The position numbers were made by a program, and so were the translations under genes. From Eledone cirrhosa (lineage: Eukaryota): DNA of 64,000 nucleotides. The stretch is from NCBI GenBank assembly GCA_964016885.1, contig OZ024745.1, forward strand, positions 35,278,001-35,342,000. Direction: 5' to 3'. Under the pieces are notes generated by a model. It saw only the letters and a list, made by a program, of their open reading frames with translations, made no database searches and was not told the DNA's origin. Shown piece after piece: positions 12,354-25,520 of the stretch; position 1 is the stretch's first letter; every line of letters begins with the position of its first letter.

Positions 12354-14934
12354 ATGCTTCAAGTGAACTATAACCTCCTCCTTTCCTTACGCCTGAGCCA
12401 GGCCCAGTTCACAACTGTAAAGAAACTCTTCCAGCTATCTGAAAAGCGCGCCAAAGCCGGCTGCCAAATAAACTTCCTAAAACGATGCCTGAATAACAAC
12501 ATCATCCCCCAAACTATCAAAAATTTGCACCTACCAACATGCTTCAAATCACCAGGCCTCAAACGATCACTTAGTTACATACAAAAATTATGCCTAAGAA
12601 AACTCATACAACACCTACACCGCACGCTACAACATCACATACGGACTATTTCCAGCCTTGTACCACAACTCGCTGCAACCCCAGAACCTCTGTCCAGAGT
12701 CATCTCCGCCACTATAGACAGGTCATACCACCATCGCCGAGACTACGAGAAAATACGTCTAACGCAAAAATTTCTCAAACTCAGGACGGCCAACTGTCTT
12801 AACAACATCCCAACTCTAAACACCAACAGAGGCGAACAAGACGGTACCAACACCGAACCTAGCGGCACCCCGACCAACAACACGGTACCAACACCGAACC
12901 TAGCGGCACCCCGACCAACAACACACCTGACGCAAAACACCTCGTCACAGACTTGACAGGATCCCTCTCCCGAGAGGAATTAGACCTCCTCAGCCTGGGT
13001 CCCAAGTTCATATTGAAACAGAGACTGGACGACAAACTATGGCTCGACATAGAAACGAATTTCTGTCGGGCTGCCTACCAACTAAAATGGATATCGACTC
13101 TCGACAACAACACCACGGAATCCATCAAACCCAGATTCCCGATATACCAACTAGATCGCCCACTCTGTCCACCGCCTGCCAACCGCGAGTTTGAAGAAAA
13201 ACTCTCGAGACTAAAACATTCCGTATTTAACATCTTACGGAAACAGAAGAAGATAGCCCCAAACCTCTCCAGGACACAACTCGCCCTGAAGAACCTACGG
13301 AATAGGGAATTTATATACTTACCATCCGACAAAGGTAAAGAGTTTTGCGTCATCTCTCAAGCCACATACAATAACCTAACCTTTGAACACCTAAGCGACA
13401 GTGAATTATACACAGAGATCCCGGACATGACTGCAGCCCAGATCGAAAAACAGACCAACTCCATTTGGTTCGATATCTGTAGGAGAAGACAACTCCCAAA
13501 TAAAGTTAAGCTCAACTACACCACTAGAAATAGCAGACTGCCCACTTTCTACCACCTCATCAAGACCCACAAGAATAGTACTAAGACGCAAATAAGACCC
13601 ATCGTCTCTAGCATAGAAGGACCCCTATACAAAATTTCCTGGCTCCTCTCCCAGGTCCTAAAGCCTCTACTCTCCACCTTTCCCAGTAGCTCCGACGAAG
13701 TTATACGTAAACTACACCAACTCCAGCCAGAACAACTTAAACTAAATAAATACGCTTTAAGCCTCGACAATGTCTCCCTCTACACTACAGTCCCCGCTCA
13801 TCCAGCTGTCGATTTATTGACGGACTGCGTGGTCGCAGAGGACACCCACTGCTACGGCCTCCACCCGACGGACATACACCAGCTTTTGTCCTTCACAGTA
13901 GACAACACGTACTTCACCTTCCACCACCACACATACAGACAGACAACAGGATTACCCTGCTGGCCATCACCTACATGAACTAGCTAGAATGCCGAGCCCT
14001 CAACACCTGCCATTCCCATGCCTTCTTCACCCGATATGTAGATGACATACTCATCCTTACATCATCCCATGAGGAGGCAGATAAAATATACACAACATTC
14101 TCCAGCATGGACGCCAGAATAAAGTTCAGCATGGATGATGACCGCGGATCCCTATCCCTACTGGACTTCCAACTCAGGGTAACAGAGGAAGGCAACATCC
14201 ACACCTGCTTCTATAAAAAAGCCGCCAGCAGGGACCTGTTCGTACATTTCAGATCGCCCCCCCCCACTCGGTGCCAAGTTCGGATACATAAGGAACGAAC
14301 TGGCACGTATCCGGAACAAATGCACCGACGCTAGAGACTGAGACACACACACCACACATTTCCTGGAAGTACTCAAACTGAACGGATACACGACATCCAC
14401 CACAAACCGTGCCAGAAAGAATAGAGGACACCACACCCGAGGCACTAACACTTGCTTCCTGAAGCTCCCACACTTCAGTGAAGAAACAACAACAGCCATC
14501 CGCAGAGACATCAGACGAGAGGGACTAGATATCCAACTGGCCCACTCAGGTCCTCTACGCGGACAGCTAACCAAAAGACACTCCACCAGACATGACAACT
14601 GCTGCAGACTAGCCAACTGCCCCATCAACGACACAGACCTATGCCACCAGGCTTACGTCGTATACAGACTAGAGTGTGACAAATGCAACAACTTCTACGT
14701 AGGTAGCACCACCAGACCACTCCACATAAGAATAAAAGAACACCTCAATACTAACGCTTCCTCATTTAAGAAACACCTAGTTAAATGCAAAAACACCGAC
14801 AAAACCCTAACAGTTAGGATAGAAACTATGGAAAGAAACCTCGGCAATCTTAGAATTAAGGAAGCACTAATTATAGATAAAACACAACCACCAATCAATA
14901 ATAGACTAGAACTCAACACCCAATTTATAACCTG
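12354..14934 (+). pseudogene. PLE B RT/GIY-YIG polyprotein, disrupted
   Basis: LLSLGPKF, PSDKG, FYHLIKTHK, IRPIVS, SLYTTVP, RYVDD, VVYRLECDKCNNFYVGSTTRPLHIRIKEH; several frameshifts. Confidence 0.9.
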
Positions 14935-15476
14935 ATAGGGCTTCTAGCCCCATATTTACACCCCCCACACACACGCACGCGCACACACACACGCTTACAC
15001 CTCCACTTATTCTCTCTCACACATACACACACAAAATCAGTTCTAACACCAGATAACACCTATCCCCCACATTTACGAATAGACTTATCTTCTCACACTC
15101 ACACACACTCACATACTTACACCTTCATGCATTCTCCCACACACTTAAACAGGCATGTATATATAAAAAAAACCCTAAACAAACCCCCTTTAAAGGGAGA
15201 CTACTCTTTATCCACCTAATTTTAACTCTTTGACATTAGAGATAGAACAGATACTCTATACTATTTCCTGTCAGCATGGCTTGGCAAGATATTTAGAACG
15301 CTGGTTTGAGACCTTTATTTCCCTCTGAAGTAGAGATATTATCTCGAAAATTAAGGACATTTAAATAAATCTAAGGTAAAAGACGAATTGTCAACAATAT
15401 CTTTTGCAATTGCATTCTTTTTTCTATGTCCATACCTGCATTGTTTTGGCTTTATTATACATATTCAAACGTTTAT

Positions 15477-15812
15477 AATTTAAATTCATTTAATTATGTG
15501 AGATCTACTTCCACAGAGTTTAAATCCCGCTTCAATAATCATAAAAATTCTTTTACAGATCCAAACAAAAAATCTTCAACTTCTCTATCTAGCCTATTAT
15601 GGGACCTAAAACTAAAGAACGTTGAATATTCGTTGATTTGGAATATTATTTCATAAGCTACTCCTTTTAACTCCTCTTCAGAAAATTGCGATCTTTGTAT
15701 AGAGGAAATATTAAAGACCAAAAATTCCCTGAACTTAAGAAATAATTTATTCAGTTGCTGCAGACATAGATTAAACTCAACGTTTAAATATAAATATAAA
15801 TTTAAAATGTAG
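15477..15812 (+). pseudogene. Remainder of PLE A GIY-YIG endonuclease
   Basis: NYVRSTSTEFKSRFNNH..SF, CDLCIEE, LN..CCRH; continues the frame broken at 12137; one TAA. Confidence 0.85.
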
Positions 15813-17531
15813 TATATAATTAATTAATTAATTTTATTGAACCTGCAGATAAATCATTAGATTCCTTCATCTTTTTTTTTTTTTGACTGATTATAGACTC
15901 AAGTAAAAATAACTTTTCTTCCTAAATATAAATAAGTATAAATATAATAAACTATTCTAGAGAAATATATCGAGAGCTCTTGAAAGGAGAAAATATTTCT
16001 TATTTCTTATTTTTTTATTGTTTTTTTTTAATGTTTTTTTATTATTTTTTTAATTTTAATTTTAATTTTTATTATTTTTTTTTATTGTTCTGATAGCTTC
16101 TCCTATTTTCGAAAGTTTATCCTGTCAAAATTTTAAGTTAAATATACGTAAAATAAATTTCTATACTAAATCTATTAAACATACTATTATTTTGAAATTA
16201 TAACTTAAAATATTCTATAATATTTTAAAATTGTATTGTTTTTAAAGTTATATTGTTTATAATTATATTTCCAAATTGTAATGTAATTCTTTTGTATTTT
16301 ATGTACTCAATTATACTATGTACTGTATTTATATATACTTCTCTCTATATGTGAGTATATATGTATATGTGTGTATTGACATACATGTACATATGTTTTA
16401 TGCGTTTTTATGAATTTATGTCTATCTGTATGTATATGTATACGTGATGCGTATCTACCTATTGGTTGAGGGTACATATATATATATGTATATGTGGCAA
16501 TTGTGTATATACATATGCGTGTATATCCATACAATTTGATTGCACTTATGTATAGTGATTATCCCAAGATTCGTGACAGATGGACATATAATAACAGCCG
16601 TAAATACATAACAGGTAATCTTATAAAACTTATATATAAACAAATTTTGTTTAATAACATAAAGTGTGTATAACTTAAAATTTCCTTTAATATCTTAACA
16701 ATTATAACATTTTATAAGATTCCTATATCTTAAATTAAATTAAAGAATCCTTTATGTTTTGTGTGTATATATTATATACGTAGTTAGATATGTATATGTA
16801 TTTGATAAGTGTGTATATATATTTATATGTATTTTTGCGTGTGTATACGTGTTATATGATATGTAGTTCTCTAGTAATATATGGATTTCATAATATATAG
16901 ATCCCAAATTTTAATATATTGCTCTCAATTTTTAAATCATATTTAAACAATGGTAAATTTCTCATATTATATATGTATATTCCATTCATGATTATTAACA
17001 TTTCTAATTTTATTTATTCATTTCATCCCAATTGTTAAGTTAACTCAACAAGATATGACTTAGAGTTTTTCGTTCTCTCCCCTTCTCTTTGTCTCCTCTC
17101 TCTCTCTATATATATCTTTCTCTCTCTGTTGTTTTGGTCTCTCTCTCTCCCCTTTTCTCTCTCTCCTTCTTTATCTTTCTCTTTCTCCGTAACCCAACGG
17201 CTTATTTTAAAAATAAAAATATCTAATATTAATAATAATATAATTAAGCTTCAACTCCACTATCCAGGAGCTTCCAACAGTAATGGTTGCATTTTTTAAG
17301 GGTATGTCAATATTTATTTATAAAACTGATCTATATTATATTTTATTTGATGAAAGCACACCATAATTTAACTTGGTGTCCTTGAAATATGTATAATGAA
17401 ATAAATATAGTTTTATAAATATAGTTTCCATTTGTTAATATCGTATTTTTACTCCAAATATTTGTTGAGTGCTTTATATCAGTTATAAAAATATTTGCTT
17501 GTTGCATCCCAACAATTTAAATAGAACTTTT

Positions 17532-17593
<62 letters not shown>

Positions 17594-17627
17594 GTATATA
17601 TATATACGTATATATATATACATATAC

Positions 17628-17707
<80 letters not shown>

Positions 17708-17818
17708 ATCTAATAGAATAATGAACAAAACGCAACGCAAGGATAGATGCCATAACAGCAAAATGATGGCGTCGTGTTAAATCTTACCTCAAAGGACAGG
17801 GATCAGCGGCTAGAAATG

Positions 17819-17919
<101 letters not shown>

Positions 17920-17988
17920 CACACTATAGTCACTTATATATTATGAAATACTGTTGGCTTCACGCTCACAATAATTTCTATACTTTTC

Positions 17989-18062
<74 letters not shown>

Positions 18063-18796
18063 TATATGTATATATACACATTATATGTATATACGAGGTG
18101 TGAAGTTAACTGGAATGGTTCAAGGTTATACATTTGCGTGTCAAACTCCAAAAGCTCTTTTCAATCAGTTAGGACCATAAATATATGTTTCTGGTGTAAT
18201 TCATATTTTAATTTAGATAACATGAAAAAGCGAATAGAAACCTATAAATCTGTAAACGCCGTAGAATCAGCTGAATCCACTATAACATCAAAATATTTTT
18301 ACTTCACATGGCCAGTTTTAAAGAATGATAGCTTTCCAAACTTTTGATATATTTTTTGTCTCAGAATCTTTAATATCTATCAATGTTTTAGTGTTATTAA
18401 ATATATTACCTTTAATAGGAGCGCAATAATTATTTATATTAAACCGCAAACCACAAATTACATGTAGTTTTGGTAAGTTTTTAAACTAGTCGATAACAGC
18501 AAAAGAAACTTTCCATAATGATAGTAGATGTATGTCACTAATTTTAGGTATAATGTTATACAAAATATATTTCATAATTCGATTAATATGTAAAGCCAAA
18601 GATAAGATGAATTAAATTATTACATTTAAAAACTGTATCAGGACCGTTATGATTCAAACAAGGTGGTTTCAATTCCGTTTCCGTAAAATTTCAGTCTCAT
18701 TTTACACTACTCATTTAGCGTAATTCATAATATCTATGGTCGTTTCTGTATAATCGTTTGTGATTGTTCAGTAGGTAATATTGATTTCTTATAGAG

Positions 18797-18991
18797 GCAC
18801 AAGGCCAGCAATTATGGGGGAGGGGAAGTCGATTAAATCGACTCCGGTGCGTGACTGGTACTTTATTTTATCGACCCTTAAGGATGAAAGGCAAAGTTAA
18901 CCTCGGCGGGATTTGAAATCAGATCATAAAGGGTCGTAAGTCTATGTTGCAAAGCATGGCATCCGGCCCTCTACCGATACTGCCGATCCAC
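18797..18991 (-). mobile_element. Nin-domain SINE
   Basis: Reverse complement of the 6935 family. Confidence 0.8.
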
Positions 18992-19846
18992 TGATAGGTA
19001 GTACGATCCATTTTGTAGATTCCATCTTGAAGAAACTCACTTTCATATAGTGCGGACTTGACAGGTAGTATTAAATAGAAGTAGTGCTAACACAACTTAA
19101 TTCTGAATAAAGGTGTATATATGCTTCCATATGCACATTTATTATATATGGAAGTATATACACCTTCATGCAGAATTAAGTTATTCAGAATTAATATATA
19201 TAAATATATTGTATATATGCTTCCATATATAATATGTTTATATATATTTATCACTCTCTTTCCCTCTATCCCTCTCTTTCTCTCCTTCTCTCTCTCTCAC
19301 TATATATATATATATACATATGTGTGTTTATGTGTGTGTGTATGTGCATGTGTGTGTGTTCGCGCATGTCTACGCACGCGTGGATGTATTTGTATTTTAG
19401 ATATATATGTATTTTAAAATATCAACCCCAGACAGCACATCGTGGTTGAAATGTCAATATATTTGTTTCAGTATGGTGAAATATGTTACAATTCTAGGTA
19501 TAAAAACTATGAAACATTTTTCTTCTATACTTCAAATACAATTCTAGATTCTGCCTTCTAATTGACTTTATTCAACTGTTTCCTATTTTTTTCAAATTTC
19601 ATTATCCTTTTATTTTTATCTCATTTCACTTCATATATTTTGTTTATTTTCTTCAATTGTTATTTTATGCAATTACAATATTTACTGTGACATTGTGAAT
19701 ATCGACTTTTATAATGTCGAATATTTGGTAACCTTGAGTAGTTGAAATATAACTTGGTTAATGGTATTGTTAATAATGTATTATAAAACTGTCTCTATAT
19801 ACATATATAAAAATGTCTCTATATACATACACACACACACACACAC

Positions 19847-19920
<74 letters not shown>

Positions 19921-20132
19921 ATATATATATATGTATATATATATATATGTATATATTAATATATATGTATGTATGTATATATATACATATATATATATAC
20001 ATATATACGTATATACATATATATATACATATATACATATATATATATAAACATATATATGTATATACATATATATATACATATATACATATATATATAT
20101 ATACATATATACGTATATACATATATACATAT

Positions 20133-20178
<46 letters not shown>

Positions 20179-20207
20179 GTATATATATATATGTATATAT
20201 ATATATG

Positions 20208-20245
<38 letters not shown>

Positions 20246-20381
20246 CATATATATACATATATATGTATACATATATATATATGTATATATATATATATGT
20301 ATATATATATATACATATATATATATACATATATATATATACATATATTTGTATATATATGTATATATATATATAGATGTA

Positions 20382-20454
<73 letters not shown>

Positions 20455-20507
20455 CAAGAAAGAAGAGTGACACGGTTTGCTATACAAAAAAGGTTTTTAA
20501 TCACTTT

Positions 20508-20613
20508 GCTGACAATTGTTTCTCTGAACTGGTAGGTCTAGAGATCGCTACCCGCCTGTTTTCGCGTCAATCGATCACCAATACATAGTTGTAACCAGTC
20601 AATTCATCAGAGC
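20508..20613 (-). ncRNA. Hammerhead with 81-nt stem II domain
   Basis: gct-CTGATGA-..TGACTGGT...ACCAGTTCA..-GAAA-CAATTG-TC-agc; island between (TA)n tracts. Confidence 0.65.
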
Positions 20614-20695
20614 TAGCGAGAATGAATGGAATACATCGAGTACCCTAATTGGACTACACCTAAGTGGACTACCTATAACAATAATCTGTTATCCC

Positions 20696-20860
<165 letters not shown>

Positions 20861-22809
20861 CGTATGTACGTAAGTACATATATGTATTTATGCTTATATG
20901 TGACTTGGTCAATGACGCACTGCGCTTCACTAGGATTGTTTTAGTGACCGAGTTGCAGAAATGCGATGAAATATGCTCATCGTTTATATTATTAAGAAAT
21001 AGCATAACACCTTTTGTATATTTGTAAATAGCAAAACTAAATGTGAGTTACTAATAAAATCCCTTGTGGCATTCACCGTCGCCAACGCAGAGAACCAGTT
21101 ATTGCTATGTTTGAAATACAGAACCAACGGAACTATTTCACGCAAAGTATGATATAGATACATGATAAAGGATTAAATAATTCTGGTGCATCCTCATTTG
21201 ATTCCGAAACCTCAGATCCTACCAAGGGAGACCAAATTTTATAAACACTTATTTGCAACAACTACCTTGAAGCACGCTCTGTCCTGTATATAAATATTAG
21301 CAATAACCATCCCATTTTGTTCTTTCAGGTTGTATGGGAAACACAAACAATAGAATACTATACTTATACACACAATATCTTTGCATATGTAGCCAGTTTG
21401 TGCCCCCGCAGGACCATTTACATTGTTTTCGCTTGACCTCTTAGATATAGCAGCTAATTCCTAACATACACTAACACTGTAAAAGTGGAAAAAAAGTTCG
21501 ACAATCCAAATCTAGATTTGCTTTGTTTATAAAGAATATACATGATTGTCACGACTGGTATGTCTTTAACAATAACAATATACTTCTCTGTAAATTTGAT
21601 GTCAAGTGAAACGTTTTTTTTTAAAATAAAGATTCTCATTGAATGTAAAAATAAATACCACGTCCAATATTACCGACTAAAACATAGACGGCGTTGCCCC
21701 AGCATGGTCGCAGTACAATGACTGAAATCAATAAAACTATAGAAGGGCATTGTTAGTATGTCGAGATAATTGTTTAGCTTGACTCAGGGCCGGCTTCTGG
21801 AGATTTCACACCCTACAATGTGGGCTCCATTTTCCCAGTTATATGCACCATAATCCCAAATATAATGTCAATTTTCACAGGATAGGCTCGACAGCTTTGT
21901 CGAGCCTATCCTGTGACATTTATTGCTCAGACCACACAACAAGAAATATTCTTGCATTTTCTATTACACATACCACATTCACTCACACCAAATCATTTGA
22001 CAGATCATAACAATATACAGCCTTTCCACCGATTTGGATATTTATATAACGCTGCTACGTGGCAGAATGTTTAATGATTTATTTATTGATCCCAGGAAAT
22101 TATTTATATCTAAGTTAATTAATCAAATTTAGAAAACCTATGATCTTTTACAGCTTAATAATGCTCCTCTCTGAGACCTTTGTCATTGGCAGTTGTCTAG
22201 TTAACCCACCAAAAGTGTCAGTCCTAGTCTGCGATAAATAGGAGCGTAGATTCGTATCCTGAAGTCTGAAGTTTTCACTTCTCTATTTACAAACCTAACT
22301 GTATCATACCTACATATAGGCGATGGCTACCTTTATTAAAAGCATCACATATTACATATATGATGACTTCAAGGAAATATATTTATAACCATTAAAATGT
22401 CACTTCATTGATATATAGAAACATGTGGCGCTTTATAACATTGAATTGTAATTGTGTTTGTTAACTGTAAAGGTTCCATGTTTGTTACGAACTGATTTTA
22501 TTAAACGATGTGGAATATTATGTTTGCGCTCATCATTTTAAGTAAATCTTCGTGTTTACATTCTTTTATATGAGGTTGCGACTACAATTATATAACTTGA
22601 CATTTTTGACGCTCGCTATTTCTTGTGTAATCAACGATGTGACATTGTGTTAAACAAGATTCAGTTTAAAAGTTTATAGCTATATGTGTTATACTGCACT
22701 TTAAAATTAATATATTATTTCTATCTATTTATCTATCTATCTATTTATCTAACTCTCTATCTATATATCTATCTACTTACCTATCTATCTATTTAACTAT
22801 CCATTATTC

Positions 22810-23292
22810 TCTGTTTGTCTACCAACAACAACAACAATGATAAAAACAACACCACCAACAACAACAGCAACATGAACAACTCCACGAACAAGGAAAATAT
22901 TTCCTTTGCTCAAACCGTCCAAGAGACGGAACTGTTCACATACCTTGACATTTCCAATGCTAGGGAAATGTTAAGCTATGCAAAACAGTACGTAACCTTT
23001 GGTGAGAGTGGTGCTTTCAGCATCACTTCTCCTCAACAGTTACGTAGAAAAACTGTTCTAAAAACAGTAATTTTTAGGACGGTTTCAAATGTGTCGAAAA
23101 AACCAGTTCAATTATCCCAAAACGATATTGAACTGGTTCTGAAGAATTCCATATGTAATGTCTCCCCCTATTGGGGAAAATCGACTAATTTTTAAATTGC
23201 ATTTGTGATAATATTTTACACGTTTTTATTGTATGTAACCTTCCCCCTTTGTATTTGTCCCCTTCTTTTGTGCCCCTGTGGCTAATAAAGAA
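22810..23292 (+). mobile_element. Internally deleted Tx1-type LINE derivative (ORF1 N-terminus joined to 3'UTR)
   Basis: SFAQ..DISNAREML..AKQYVTFGESGAFSITSP aligns with TFAQ..DLTAAREKL..AKKHIVLGENGMFSINSP; 3' end resembles 29130-29190. Confidence 0.75.
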
Positions 23293-23366
23293 ACATATCT
23301 ATTATTCTATCTATCTACCTACCTATCTATTTATCCATCTATCTACCTACCTATCTATCTACCTAC

Positions 23367-23485
<119 letters not shown>

Positions 23486-23686
23486 GATAGAGTAAGACAC
23501 GCTTCACATCGGCTCCGCTATTCCATCGGGATTTACCCTTACTATTGTAAGTACCGGATAAATTTTTCAGTGCAACACATTTGGAACACTAACCCCTGTT
23601 TTTTAGGGAAACATTTTTGCATTTACCCCCTTTTTAGGGGGTAAAATAAATATCTATTTTTGCCGAAAAATTTCTTTCTTGGCAGC

Positions 23687-25515
23687 ATGGCGGAAAAGAT
23701 GGCAGACATGTCTGCCATTAGCTCTGCCACGCCCCCCAAGTCTGAAGAACAAAAAATAATTACAACAAAATTAGACAATGAAACAAACAAAGAAAATGAA
23801 AAAACAAATGTTAAGGAAAATGAGCAAACAGAAAACAAACAAACAGAAAATAATACAAATAACAACAGGGCAACTTTCGCCCAGAAAACAAAACAATCCA
23901 TTACATACACACCAATTGACCTAACTGCCGCCAGAGAAAAACTGGCCGAAGCAAAGAAACACATTGTTTTGGGGGAGAACGGAATGTTTTCCATTAACTC
24001 CCCCCCCCAGAATTCAAGAAAGCCAGAGCAGAAAACACAGTTCTCTACAGAACTATACTGAACCAGACAAGAAAGCCAGCACAGCCCAGCCAAACGGAAA
24101 AAGAGTTAGTCCTAAAAGACTATATGAAGAATATTCTCTTCATACGAAAGGACCGACTCTATGGCAGCATTTCGGTCCTAACAAGAGACAGGGAAACGGC
24201 GGAGAAGCTTTCCCTAAGCCCACTCTCATCGACAACATATAGCTTCTATCCCTCCTACATGGGTAGAAGAACACAGAGAGTAAAAGTAAAAACAATGCTG
24301 CCCACAATGGACTTCTGGTGGGCTATTGCTGGCTTCATTGATATGGGCGAAGACACAATGCTGTCAATGGGGAAGGCAACTGGAGATGCGTTCCTGGGAA
24401 TGGGCCTCGACATACTAGTCCAAATGAGGCCCGAAAGAATAGCACAAATCCCGGATCGCATCTGGCTGGATGACCTTACCCCAATAGACATAATTGTAGA
24501 GGGGAGAAGACCAGCATGCTATTTATGCATGGAAAGGGGACACGTTAAGGCTAACTGCCCGAAACGTATCCCCCAAAAAGGACTATTGCCCACACCCACC
24601 ACAAACAGTACACCAACACCACCCACCTCCAAAAATACACTAATACCACACACAGCAAACAAAATACAGACACCACCAACCACAAACACAACACAAACAT
24701 CACCACCACCAGCACCAAACACAAGCACGACACAAAAATCACCACCACCAACCACAACACAAACACCACCATCACCAACCACAAGCACGACACAAACATT
24801 ACCACCACCACCACAAAACCCATTCCAAACAAATAATAAAAAAAACAGTAACAAATCTACCCCTCCCGCAAAAAAACAACAACCACACAACACGTCCCTC
24901 CCACCTAGCGCTGAAGAGTTTCCCCCAACTTCTGAAGAAGAAGGAGGAGAAGCCTTCAGACAAGTTAAAAGAAAAAAAAGAAAACACACACCCAGCACAC
25001 CACAAATAACCCACACACAAACACCAACTCCAATCAAAAACACCCCACCCTCAACAAACAAAAATAAATCTGCGCCTCCCCTCTCCGAAACATTGACAGC
25101 ATCACAAAAAAAGACGTTGCAATACACATATATAAATAAAGAAAACAAAAAACTGGTTAAATTAATAAACAATAACCCTATGGTGCAGACCGAAGGGCCA
25201 AACTTTATCTCAACAGAGAACTTCACCCATTTAAAAATGATAAAGGTCCCTCTGGACCTTTATCGTTCCTTAAAAGAACAATTTAGACGGGACGTGAGCC
25301 CCCCCTGTTTAAAACCGTTGAATCGCGTCCTCTTGAAAGATTTCCCCATAACCGCCCCTCTCCCTGACACAACTCCAAATACCCCAACCCCACCACACAC
25401 GTGTACCCCCACACCACCACAAAACATCCCTCCACCCAACACACCTGATGCCATGGAAATTACGCAACCCGGAGAGGTAAGTGCTTTTCTTTCTTCACTT
25501 TCAACACCAAAATAG
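23687..25515 (+). pseudogene. LINE ORF1 (gag-like, CCHC knuckle, Pro/Thr-rich), broken near 24060
   Basis: EGRRPACYLCMERGHVKANCP. Confidence 0.8.
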
Positions 25516-25520
25516 ATCAA

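Larger units (their letters stand above)
12135..15477 (+). mobile_element. Penelope-like element B with 207-bp direct pLTRs (12135-12341, 15271-15477), nested in PLE A
   Basis: Near-identical direct repeats; flanking TAATTTAAATTCA at 12125-12137 and 15476-15488. Confidence 0.9.
9851..17445 (+). mobile_element. Penelope-like element A: 5'-truncated copy preceded by an inverted ~920-bp copy of its 3' end (9851-10777 vs 16541-17445)
   Basis: Long inverted repeat, RT plus GIY-YIG coding remnants, hammerhead in both arms. Confidence 0.85.

Noticed and set aside
18092-18110. tacgaggtgtg mariner-like TIR start
   Set aside because: I found no matching right TIR and no transposase.
21310-21450. Splice-acceptor-like ttctttcag as a host exon
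   Set aside because: I found no convincing donor site or recognisable peptide.
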